Of a DNA stretch of 64,000 nucleotides, positions 21,931 through 31,400 are shown piece by piece. Position 1 is the stretch's first letter. Each line of letters starts with the position of its first letter. The DNA is from a virus. Lineage: Duplodnaviria; Heunggongvirae; Uroviricota; Caudoviricetes. The translations under genes and the position numbers were made by a program. The stretch lies in IMG/VR virus record IMGVR_UViG_2687453522_000001; one strand, 5' to 3'. The notes under the pieces were generated by a model that saw only the letters and a program-made list of their open reading frames with translations, was not told the DNA's origin and did not search any database.

Positions 21931-22296
21931 TCACGCTGCCTCTTTAATGTTGGCGGCTATCCATGCCGCCGTGTGCTGTTTAACCTGGTCCAGGTCGATG
22001 TATGTGCCAACATATTGACTCAAGTCCTGTAACGTACCGATAAATGCATCGGTGCTCTGATCGACGAATTTATCAGCCAGGAAATCAGCAACCAGTTTTG
22101 GCACACCATCATGTACCGAAGGTTGTTTTTCCTCGCCACTACTGCCGCCGGACACACCGTACCCCATCTGTTGCATGATCTGGTCAATTTCATCGCTGAT
22201 ATCCAGCAACTCCATGCCACTCGCGGTAGCCGCTTTGGACATCAGAGCATCCAACTTATCGCTGAGATCCATTAACTCAATAGCTGATAGTGTCAT
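21931..22296 (-). CDS. ddrA: DdrA-like protein, 121 aa
   Basis: Immediately downstream of darA with a 4-nt overlap; its stop codon abuts the IS right end; named on synteny. Confidence 0.4.
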   Translation of the reverse strand: MTLSAIELMDLSDKLDALMSKAATASGMELLDISDEIDQIMQQMGYGVSGGSSGEEKQPSVHDGVPKLVADFLADKFVDQSTDAFIGTLQDLSQYVGTYIDLDQVKQHTAAWIAANIKEAA

Positions 22297-24212
22297 GCCG
22301 CTACCCCCGCTTTCTGGATTGCTACCAACAGATCAGCCAGGTGGCGAGCTGCGCCGTTAACCAGCTCTTCGTTTTCCTCAAAACGTCCGGCAGCCTGAAG
22401 GGCTGCAATCGCTTCCCGGACATTGCCCCGAGCGTTACGGATCTCCGCCATGTCAGTGCTTTGCATATCCATCACGTTATTGAGATATTCAATGGCTTTA
22501 TTAGCCTCTGCATCTGCTTCGCTAACCGTTTCATCAGGCTGTGCCGGGGCCGGTTCTGGCTGAGTAATCTCACCGACTTCGGCCTGCAATGTATTGATCA
22601 TGCTCTGCACCATTTTCTCGGTGCCAGCGCCCCCCGGAAACGCAATATTGGGGAAAGTTTTTTGAAACTGAGTTTTCAGCATTACGCGGAACTCGTCTGG
22701 TGAGCTGGTGGCCAGATCCAGAGTTTTTTGTGCATATTTGCCAAACGGACCATTAGTAAGTGTCTTCGCCAGGAAGTCGAAAGAATCCTCGCGAGGCAAT
22801 AACTTCAGGTCGTACTCACTCATTTGCTGATCAGAAAGCGGGGTATCGTAAGTAGCAATGCCGTAGCGTGCATATTCATAATACGGGTCACCTTCATCAG
22901 GGCGCGGCAGAATTGCTTTGTTACCTTCAGGTATTGCGCCAGGGGCCGCCGGACGCATTTGCAGGGCATATCGATATGCACCTACAGAGACTTCTGGTTC
23001 AGGCGAAGAGCTACCGGTATCCTCCGCTGGTTCAGGTTCGACGTTTTCCGGTTTATGTTCTTCTGGTTGGACCAGGTATTCCGATACATTACCCGCTTTA
23101 TAGGCTTTAAACAGCTTGCCGATCGCATCTGCCATGTCCACACCCTGTATGGATTTAGCCTTGATCATGTATACGCTGCCATCCGGATCGGTTAACTGGA
23201 TATACCCTTCGCCGCCCCCAATGAATTGCTTCATTGATGCACCATTACTGAGCGTCACTTCCCCGTCCATATGCATACGATTTTTGATACTGGCAAGGCG
23301 ATCCGTCAGCGCGCGAGAGTGCCCACCAGTCATCCCCGCTGGAGCAATGGTATCGCGCCCACCAGTGCGATTGAGCTGATCAATCTCCGTCTGCAAACGC
23401 TCATTCTCTTCATAAAGAGAATCCGCTTCCGATGCAACAGCGTTAATTTTCTGCTCCAGATCTGCCTTCTGCCCTTCTACCGCTGCCACCTGATCCGCGA
23501 GGTCGCTCATGGCATCCTCTTTCTGGTCACTGTCAGCCTGTAGTTGGGTTATTTCATCAACAAGGGCTTTTTTCTTCTTCTGCGCACGCTGGAATTTTGC
23601 CGAGTTTTTCTCTGCAAGGTTGGCAAGTTTCATGGTGACCTGCGCCAGCGTCATATCACGTCCACTCATCGGAGCAACGGTGTGAGTAACGTCTTTTTTA
23701 TTCAGTAAGAACTGGAAAGCAACCAGCGTATCGCTATTGGTGATCCGGTTTTCCGCTGTCGGGCTATGAAACAGAATGCTGATAGTCTGACCATCACTGA
23801 GCGGAATAATGGCTGGCAAGACCGGCAGCCCGTTAACGTTACGTGCCCGGCCAATTTCAGCGCCGCCGATCGCGCGCGCGCCGCTCTGGGCCACATCCCC
23901 CGTTTTATCACTCCCCGCAGAGATTCCGGTACCATTCAGCTTCTGGTTCAATGCCCGGACAAATGCCTGCATGGTCCGGTGTAACTGCAAACGAGTAGAA
24001 CTAATCGCCTCCAGTAAATCCGTAGCACACCAGTGGATCGGCGTGTCATAGAAGAACGTAGCCTCGATTTCCTCCAGGGTGTTGGATTCCGTCATCAGAT
24101 AGCGGTCCTCACCGGCCATTAATGCGCGATATTCATCATCAGTCACTGGCGGGGGAAGCACGTCAAGCCCAGGCTTGATCGTCACCCCTTTATTGATATT
24201 GAACTGTTCCAT
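22293..24212 (-). CDS. darA: DarA-like virion anti-restriction protein, 639 aa
   Basis: Size and operon position (after lydA/lydB/hdf, before ddrA/ddrB) fit P1 DarA. Confidence 0.55.
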   Translation of the reverse strand: MEQFNINKGVTIKPGLDVLPPPVTDDEYRALMAGEDRYLMTESNTLEEIEATFFYDTPIHWCATDLLEAISSTRLQLHRTMQAFVRALNQKLNGTGISAGSDKTGDVAQSGARAIGGAEIGRARNVNGLPVLPAIIPLSDGQTISILFHSPTAENRITNSDTLVAFQFLLNKKDVTHTVAPMSGRDMTLAQVTMKLANLAEKNSAKFQRAQKKKKALVDEITQLQADSDQKEDAMSDLADQVAAVEGQKADLEQKINAVASEADSLYEENERLQTEIDQLNRTGGRDTIAPAGMTGGHSRALTDRLASIKNRMHMDGEVTLSNGASMKQFIGGGEGYIQLTDPDGSVYMIKAKSIQGVDMADAIGKLFKAYKAGNVSEYLVQPEEHKPENVEPEPAEDTGSSSPEPEVSVGAYRYALQMRPAAPGAIPEGNKAILPRPDEGDPYYEYARYGIATYDTPLSDQQMSEYDLKLLPREDSFDFLAKTLTNGPFGKYAQKTLDLATSSPDEFRVMLKTQFQKTFPNIAFPGGAGTEKMVQSMINTLQAEVGEITQPEPAPAQPDETVSEADAEANKAIEYLNNVMDMQSTDMAEIRNARGNVREAIAALQAAGRFEENEELVNGAARHLADLLVAIQKAGVAA

Positions 24213-24213
24213 G

Positions 24214-24825
24214 TTAATTTCCTGCTTTCAGTTGCTTAAGACGGCGTTTGAGTTCGCCATTTCGGGCCTTTTCGTTATTGAGTCGGCCTGTCTCCTTATC
24301 CAGCTTCGCCCGCAAATCAGTGATCTGCTGTTGATTGAAAGACACCGAGTTCTGCGCTGATTTATAAGCGGCAACCACCTGAGCATTCCGCTGTTTTGCC
24401 TCTTGCAGGCGCTGAAAGTTGGATTTTACTGCCGGTTTCTTGTCTACCGGATTGGCAACACGTTTCGCTTTGGCGATCAGTGATTTCTGGAATTTTGCGG
24501 AGTTTTTGCGGGCCGCTTGCCCCATGACGGTACCAAGCGTCTTGATATCCGGCGATTGAGCGTTAGGAATAGCTTTTCCATTCAGCCTCACAGACGATAT
24601 ATCGCCAGTATCGTTTACCTGTATGGCAAGAATTTGTCCGTCGTTAAGAACCAGCTTTGCGGTTTTAACTTTAACGCCATCTTTCGTTGTTGCGCGGTTG
24701 CTGGAGTCAACCTCAATTACCGTAACACCGGTTTTATTGATCGCCGCGATAAGGGATTTCAGCCCCTTTTCATTAACCTGGTCAAAATCGACCGTTGCAT
24801 ACTTATTTTTCGTCATCTGACACAT
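24214..24825 (-). CDS. Hdf-like protein, 203 aa
   Basis: Position between lydB and darA; basic coiled-coil C-terminus. Confidence 0.4.
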   Translation of the reverse strand: MCQMTKNKYATVDFDQVNEKGLKSLIAAINKTGVTVIEVDSSNRATTKDGVKVKTAKLVLNDGQILAIQVNDTGDISSVRLNGKAIPNAQSPDIKTLGTVMGQAARKNSAKFQKSLIAKAKRVANPVDKKPAVKSNFQRLQEAKQRNAQVVAAYKSAQNSVSFNQQQITDLRAKLDKETGRLNNEKARNGELKRRLKQLKAGN

Positions 24826-25246
24826 CCTGTGCGAGATTTATTACGTAACTTCTGCGGATTTGCTGAGTAACAGGGAAAATCCGATACAACGGGTTAATGA
24901 ACGAGTCGCCATGCGTAACCATGACGTTGAAATGCCACAGTCGCTCTCCTTTACCCATATATTCAGTGGGTATGTACAACCATTCACTGTTTTCGCCCTG
25001 TTCAGCCGACGTCAAACAACGTTGTTCGCCTTCAATCACTGTCGTCGGCTTCTGAACATCGCGGATCCAATATCTGACCGTTGCGCCGCGCAAAAACGGG
25101 AATTTAGACCGGTATTTGAACGGCACCCGGATGAAACCCGGTTTAATTTCCACATCACCAAGTTCTAAATGCGTGATGTCCTTGCGTTTTAGCAAATAGC
25201 GATCGGCTAAGGCTAACGCAAGAACGCATACACCCCAGCCAATCAT
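24803..25246 (-). CDS. lydB: LydB-like antiholin, 147 aa
   Basis: Overlaps the lydA stop; N-terminal hydrophobic segment; named on synteny. Confidence 0.45.
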   Translation of the reverse strand: MIGWGVCVLALALADRYLLKRKDITHLELGDVEIKPGFIRVPFKYRSKFPFLRGATVRYWIRDVQKPTTVIEGEQRCLTSAEQGENSEWLYIPTEYMGKGERLWHFNVMVTHGDSFINPLYRIFPVTQQIRRSYVINLAQDVSDDEK

Positions 25247-25572
25247 TTCCCGCCTCCCTTTTTCACCAAACTTGTAAGAACATTCAGAATGCTATCGATA
25301 TTCACTCGTTTCATCCCTGAAATCACCTCATGACCGTTATTGCTGGCTATCGTTACCATTAAGTACGTAATTGATAACTCCCAGCCCTCGTGTTGCCCCA
25401 ATAGGTACGCCACCGCGCCAGCTGTCACTGCAACAAAGATCTCCGTAACCAATCCCAACAAATTGCCAGACTGGCGACCGTCTCGGACATCCATCAGGAA
25501 CGTGCCTATCCCACCAATTACTGAAAGCAGGAGCGCAATAGCAACTGGAGCTAATTCCTGTGTGTCAAGCAC
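25243..25572 (-). CDS. lydA: LydA-like holin, 109 aa
   Basis: Small protein with two or three predicted TM helices and a charged C-terminus; first gene of the dar operon as in P1. Confidence 0.55.
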   Translation of the reverse strand: MLDTQELAPVAIALLLSVIGGIGTFLMDVRDGRQSGNLLGLVTEIFVAVTAGAVAYLLGQHEGWELSITYLMVTIASNNGHEVISGMKRVNIDSILNVLTSLVKKGGGK

Positions 25573-25646
25573 AAGTTCCCTCCTACGTTGTCAGGAGGTA
25601 ATGGTATGCAAAGTAACTTCTCAACCGGTTATGTTGCATAAGAGAC

Positions 25647-25910
25647 TTACCTATTCAACCAACTTTTGGAACCTTCAATAATAAGCCTGCTATTGGCGCT
25701 GAAAATAAGAACCATGCAGCTCTGAAGGCTTTCATTCATATCCTTATATTCCGCGAGATACATGCCAATAAAGCCAGCAAGTACGGCGGAAATACATTCG
25801 GCCAGCAATTTCTTGCATGAAGACTCGTAACGGTTTTCACATAGCCCACTCAAATACGAATACACCCCACCAAGAAGGGATAACATCACGATATGTACAT
25901 AAAATGTCAT
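25647..25910 (-). CDS. small membrane protein (holin-like)
   Basis: 87 aa with two hydrophobic helices; upstream of lydA. Confidence 0.4.
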   Translation of the reverse strand: MTFYVHIVMLSLLGGVYSYLSGLCENRYESSCKKLLAECISAVLAGFIGMYLAEYKDMNESLQSCMVLIFSANSRLIIEGSKSWLNR

Positions 25911-26037
25911 TTTTTACCTATACAACAGTAAGTTGAACAACATCTGAGAACGGTATGCACTTTGTGATTTCCACACACACTGGTTTTGTTAATTAAAACC
26001 TGTAGCTTGCAATAAATAACGATAGTGGGCAGAAAAT

Positions 26038-26283
26038 ATGCTAATAGGCTATGTACGCATATAGACAAATGAACAAAACACAGCTATGCAGTGAAAAGCA
26101 CTTGAAAGCGCAGGATGTGAGCTAATTTTTGCGAATAAGGCGAGCAGCAAAAAGGCTGGGCACCCTGGGTTAAAAAAGGTTCTGCGTATGCTTTCCAGAG
26201 GTGATACCCTAGTCTCGGGCTAGGGACAACATTTCGAGGACAGTTTTCATTAGCGGTCAGCAGGCGCTAGATACATCGAATTG
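26038..26283 (+). pseudogene. decayed serine DNA-invertase gene fragment (Cin/Pin/Gin/Hin-like N-terminus)
   Basis: Translation MLIGYVRI*TNEQNTAMQ*KALESAGCELIF...KAGHPGLKKVLRMLSRGDTLVSG* is co-linear with the Cin N-terminus but has three in-frame stops, one replacing the catalytic-Ser codon; downstream homology fades. Confidence 0.6.
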
Positions 26284-26345
26284 ATGTGCCGCGCGATAAA
26301 TGTACCTATTCTATCAAGATAAATTACACCGACGCGGCATTAGAA

Positions 26346-26918
26346 TTACAGCTCAGATTGAGTTTGGCGCTTCTCTACAGGATGATAACGATAAATCGTC
26401 GATACACCGATATCGTAAATAATTGCCAACTGTTTCCTGCTGTAGCCATTTTCGATCAACCTCGCTATTTGCTCATGTTGTTCTTTTGTCAACTTCGGGC
26501 GACGTCCGCCAATGCGTCCCTGTTCGCGTGCAGCTGCCAGTCCGGCCAGTGTTCTCTCAACAATTAATTCACGTTCCATTTCTGCTAAAGCCCCCATGAC
26601 GTGAAAAAAGAAACGCCCCATGGGTGTTGATGTGTCAATACTGTCTGTCAGACTACGGAAATTAACACCTTTTTCCCGCAACTCCTCTATAAGCGTGATA
26701 AGGTGTTTCATACTTCTGCCAAGCCTATCCAGCTTCCAGACAACCAGCGTATCTCCTTCTGATAACGTTCTGAGCAGCTTTTTCAAGCCTGGTCTGGCTG
26801 ACTTTGTTCCGCTTATTTTATCTTCAAAAATCAGTTCACATCCTGCGCACTCCAGCGCGTTACGCTGCAATTCTGTATTCTGGTCATTTGTTGATACGCG
26901 GACATAGCCAATAAGCAT
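26346..26918 (-). CDS. cin: Cin serine DNA invertase, 190 aa
   Basis: MLIGYVRVSTNDQNTELQ catalytic motif, resolvase core and C-terminal HTH; adjacent to an invertible tail-fibre segment. Confidence 0.9.
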   Translation of the reverse strand: MLIGYVRVSTNDQNTELQRNALECAGCELIFEDKISGTKSARPGLKKLLRTLSEGDTLVVWKLDRLGRSMKHLITLIEELREKGVNFRSLTDSIDTSTPMGRFFFHVMGALAEMERELIVERTLAGLAAAREQGRIGGRRPKLTKEQHEQIARLIENGYSRKQLAIIYDIGVSTIYRYHPVEKRQTQSEL

Positions 26919-26945
26919 GATGGATCCTCTGAATAAAAACCGGGG

Positions 26946-27437
26946 ATGATGCCAGTTAGCCGTAATCTCTGCATTTTCTTAAACGTTGGTTTAGGGGAAG
27001 GCTCGGCGCTGCCCGTTGGTGTGCCTGTTCCGTGGCCCTCAGCCACACCACCAACGGGGTGGCTGAAATGTAACGGTGCAGCGTTTTCTGCCGTTGAATA
27101 TCCTAAACTGGCGAAGGCTTATCCGACAAATAAATTGCCGGATTTACGCGGTGAGTTTATTCGTGGCTGGGATGATGGACGCGGCATTGATACAGGACGT
27201 GCTTTATTGAATATTCAGAGTGATGATATTAAAAAGTTCGAACTTAAGTATTTTGGGCCAGGTGGTGGGCCTGGAACCGCAACAGTATTTGCATTGCAAA
27301 ATGGTGTGAGTGGTATTTATACAACAGGAATTAATCAGGAAGGCGGATCTACAACCGCTAATGCTTTTCAAATTCCTGGTGGGCGTGAAACCCGTCCGAG
27401 AAATATTGCATTTAACTATATTGTGAGAGCTGCATAA
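26946..27437 (+). CDS. Sv', silent alternative tail-fibre C-terminal segment
   Basis: Tail-collar-like receptor-binding motifs (PVGVPVPWP, GWLKCNGAAFS, YPKLA); carries cix at its 5' end, so inversion would fuse it in frame to Sc. Confidence 0.6.
   Translation: MMPVSRNLCIFLNVGLGEGSALPVGVPVPWPSATPPTGWLKCNGAAFSAVEYPKLAKAYPTNKLPDLRGEFIRGWDDGRGIDTGRALLNIQSDDIKKFELKYFGPGGGPGTATVFALQNGVSGIYTTGINQEGGSTTANAFQIPGGRETRPRNIAFNYIVRAA
26974..26999. other. cix recombination site (left)
   Basis: TTTTCTTAAACGTTGGTTTAGGGGAA: 26-bp imperfect palindrome of Gin/Cin/Hin crossover-site type; encodes FLNVGLGE in Sv'. Confidence 0.6.
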
Positions 27438-28039
27438 TGAATAGCGCGATATTGAATAATGAACTTATTGCCGTACAGGCAGGAAACATCATCGTTTACA
27501 ACTATGACAGTGAGACAAAGGAATATATTTCCGCATCAACTGAATATCTTGCGGTAGGTGTTGGTATTCCGGCATATTCTTGTTTAGATGCCCCCGGCAT
27601 ACATAAGGCTGGTTATGCAATCTGCCGTTCTTTGGATTTAAATTCATGGGAATATGTGCCAGACCATCGCGGTGAAATCGTCTATAACACCGAAACGGGG
27701 GACGCCAAAGAAATCACTGCACCGGGCGACTATCCTGAAAATACAACCACTATTGCCCCATTAACGCCATACGATGAATGGGATGGTGAGAAATGGGTGA
27801 CAGATACTGAGGCACAGCATAGCGCCGCAGTAGGCGCGGCAGAAACACAGCGACAGTCACTGATTGATACTGCAATGGCTTCCATCAGTCTGATTCAACT
27901 GAAATTGCAGGCCGGACGTAAACTGACGCAGGCAGAAACAACTAGACTTAACGCTGTGCTGGATTACATTGACGCGGTGACGGCAACAGATACCAGCACC
28001 GCGCCGGATATCAATTGGCCTGCTCCCCCGGAGGCGTAG
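27437..28039 (+). CDS. U', alternative tail-fibre assembly protein
   Basis: Follows Sv' on the same strand inside the invertible segment; convergent with U. Confidence 0.55.
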   Translation: MNSAILNNELIAVQAGNIIVYNYDSETKEYISASTEYLAVGVGIPAYSCLDAPGIHKAGYAICRSLDLNSWEYVPDHRGEIVYNTETGDAKEITAPGDYPENTTTIAPLTPYDEWDGEKWVTDTEAQHSAAVGAAETQRQSLIDTAMASISLIQLKLQAGRKLTQAETTRLNAVLDYIDAVTATDTSTAPDINWPAPPEA

Positions 28040-28457
28040 GCCAGACGGGATTTGATGTATCAACGCGCATCAGCAAGACCCGGTATTTTTTCCATTCAGA
28101 TAACGCGGCGGTTTCTTCTGCCGTCGCGATTTCCGCATCAAAAGCATCCTGTCTCCAGACTATTTCCTTATCAGCCATAGAACGCAATACCGTTCTTTTC
28201 TGTTCAGCCTGAATAATCTGTTGTTCAGCGGAGAGTGGCGGGATATCAATCCACGCAGGATTACCATTTTTATCAGCCCCCAGCGTTTTGCCTTCTGGCG
28301 CTACGCCTGTGTAAATTGCCATTGTTTCATCATCAACATCAGCGCCATTTTCAGGCCATGAACCGGCGCTGATATATACATCTTTTAGTGCTTCCGGATA
28401 GAAAGAGCCTTTATAAAATTTATTCATTCTTAATACCCCAACGCGATAAAACAACAA
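28011..28457 (-). CDS. U, tail-fibre assembly protein (expressed orientation)
   Basis: Immediately downstream of S on the same strand, overlapping its stop. Confidence 0.55.
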   Translation of the reverse strand: MLFYRVGVLRMNKFYKGSFYPEALKDVYISAGSWPENGADVDDETMAIYTGVAPEGKTLGADKNGNPAWIDIPPLSAEQQIIQAEQKRTVLRSMADKEIVWRQDAFDAEIATAEETAALSEWKKYRVLLMRVDTSNPVWPTPPGEQAN

Positions 28458-31400
28458 TCTTCGGTGCCCTCTCCGGATGGCGACCAGTTCTGAATACTGA
28501 TATGCGTTCTGCTGGCAATACGCACATTCATCGCGGCATTGTAGCCAGGTGTTCCACGGTTTCCGGTCGCAAACAAACCTGCATAGGGAAAAGCAAATGG
28601 TAAGGCATATCCAGCATCAACTCCCTTTTGTGTTGCCACCATTCCCCACTGCAACATAAGTTTCACCGGGTTTCCTGTCGTCGCAATGCATGGAATGTAG
28701 ATGTAGCCATTACCTGACATCATTGACCTGAAGCTGTCTAAATCCAGTAACTTCGAGGCATTATCTGCTCCAACATCTCGTGTTGCAGCGGTCCCTAACT
28801 GGAGCGCATTTCGGAAGGCTGATACATCAGAAATATCATATCCATTAGCCGATTTCTGCATAGCTCCGGAGGCTTTATCTATCGTTTCTCCCAAACCAAG
28901 GTAATTAAGAACGCTCTGAATACTGGGCTTACTAAGAATTGCACGTCCAACACTTGTCAGTGCAGTTAACGCGGCACGATCAACCCCTGTGAAATAAGGG
29001 AGTTTATCTGCTGCGGTAGCTAGTGCCGCTAGAGCAGTGAGCGTAGCGTCTGCCGCTTGCTTTCCATTAGCCAAATCATATGCAGCCTTGACAGCTTTCG
29101 GTGTAGCGGCCAGCACTTCAGACGTGCTGTTAGTGGCACTACTGAGCTGAGTGATGCCTTTCGCTGTCAATGAAGCTGTTGGCACACCAGTGATCTGATT
29201 CCAGGGATGTGTATGACTGGATGGTGCCTTTCCGGCTGCTAGATCGTATGCAGCTTTAACCGCTTTTGGAGTTGCAGCTAATGTTTCAGAAGTGCTGTTG
29301 GTGTCGCTACTGAGCTGAACTATCCCTTTTTGTGTCGTGGTTGCATCCTGGGCCGTATACTTCCCGTTAGCCAGGTCATATGCTGCCTTGACTGCTTTCG
29401 GTGTGGCGGCCAGCACTTCGGACGTGCTGTTAGTGGCACTACTGAGCTGAGTGATGCCTTTCGCTGTCAATGAAGCTGTTGGCACACCAGTGATCTGATT
29501 CCAGGGATGTGTATGACTGGATGGTGCCTTTCCGGCTGCTAGATCGTATGCAGCTTTAACCGCTTTTGGCGTTGCAGCTAATGTTTCAGAAGTGCTGTTG
29601 GTGTCGCTACTGAGCTGAACTATCCCTTTTTGTGTCGTGGTTGCATCCTGGGCTGTATACTTCCCGTTAGCCAGGTCATATGCAGCCTTGACAGCTTTCG
29701 GTGTGGCGGCCAGCACTTCAGACGTACTGTTAGTGGCACTACTGAGCTGAGTGATGCCTTTCGCTGTCAATGAAGCTGTTGGCACACCAGTGATCTGATT
29801 CCAGGGATGTGTATGACTGGATGGTGCCTTTCCGGCTGCTAGATCGTATGCAGCTTTAACCGCTTTTGGAGTTGCAGCTAATGTTTCAGAAGTGCTGTTG
29901 GTGTCGCTACTGAGCTGAACTATCCCTTTTTGTGTCGTGGTTGCATCCTGGGCCGTATACTTCCCGTTAGCCAGGTCATATGCTGCCTTGACTGCTTTCG
30001 GTGTGGCGGCCAGCACTTCGGACGTGCTGTTAGTGGCACTACTGAGCTGAGTGATGCCTTTCGCTGTCAATGAAGCTGTTGGCACACCAGTAATCTGATT
30101 CCAGGGATGTGTATGACTGGATGGTGCCTTTCCGGCTGCTAGATCGTATGCAGCTTTAACCGCTTTTGGAGTTGCAGCTAATGTTTCAGAAGTGCTGTTG
30201 GTGTCGCTACTGAGCTGAGTGATGCCTTTCGCTGTCAATGAAGCTGTTGGCACACCAGTAATCTGATTCCAGGGATGTGTATGACTAGATGGTGCCTTTC
30301 CGGCTGCTAGATCGTATGCAGCTTTAACCGCTTTTGGAGTTGCAGCTAATGTTTCAGAAGTGCTGTTGGTGTCGCTACTGAGCTGAACTATCCCTTTTTG
30401 TGTCGTGGTTGCATCCTGGGCCGTATACTTCCCGTTAGCCAGGTCATATGCTGCCTTGACTGCTTTCGGTGTGGCGGCCAGCACTTCGGACGTGCTGTTA
30501 GTGGCACTACTGAGCTGAGTGATGCCTTTCGCTGTCAATGAAGCTGTTGGCACACCAGTAATCTGATTCCAGGGATGTGTATGACTGGATGGTGCCTTTC
30601 CGGCTGCTAGATCGTATGCAGCTTTAACCGCTTTTGGAGTTGCAGCTAATGTTTCAGAAGTGCTGTTGGTGTCGCTACTGAGCTGAGTGATGCCTTTCGC
30701 TGTCAATGAAGCTGTTGGCACACCAGTGATCTGATTCCAGGGATGTGTATGACTGGATGGTGCCTTTCCGGCTGCTAGATCGTATGCAGCTTTAACCGCT
30801 TTTGGCGTTGCAGCTAATGTTTCAGAAGTGCTGTTGGTGTCGCTACTGAGCTGAACTATCCCTTTTTGTGTCGTGGTTGCATCCTGGGCCGTATACTTCC
30901 CGTTAGCCAGGTCATATGCAGCCTTGACAGCTTTCGGTGTGGCGGCCAGCACTTCAGACGTGCTGTTAGTAGCACTACTGAGCTGAACTAATCCCTTTTG
31001 CGTTGTGCTTGCATCCTGCGCCGTATACTTGCTTTTCGCCAGATCGTAGGCTTTTTTAACTGCCAGCGAACTTGCAGCGACATCACTTCTGGTACTGGTT
31101 ACAGAGTCGGAAATTTCAATGCCTATCGTGAGATCGATGCGGTCGGATACATCTATCATTTCCTGAGTAATAGCAGATACGCCAGCAGGGATATTCACCG
31201 TACAAACAAGCAGTTCCCCATCTCCTAACTGATATGAATCGGTATAGGTTCTGGCAACAAATTCAGCCGCATGAATATGTGACGCGGTATTAACCTGATA
31301 AGAATCTTCTCCAAGGAGGTATCTTCCCTTCAGCACAATTGCATATTTCTTACCTGCGCTAAGTGCAAGAGAAATATCCTTACGCTGCTGAATAGTTACC

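Noticed and set aside
29040-31080. CRISPR array suggested by regular near-identical repeats
   Set aside because: Units are ~300 bp with no unique spacers, are entirely in frame within the S tail-fibre ORF, and encode the tail-fibre repeat motif.
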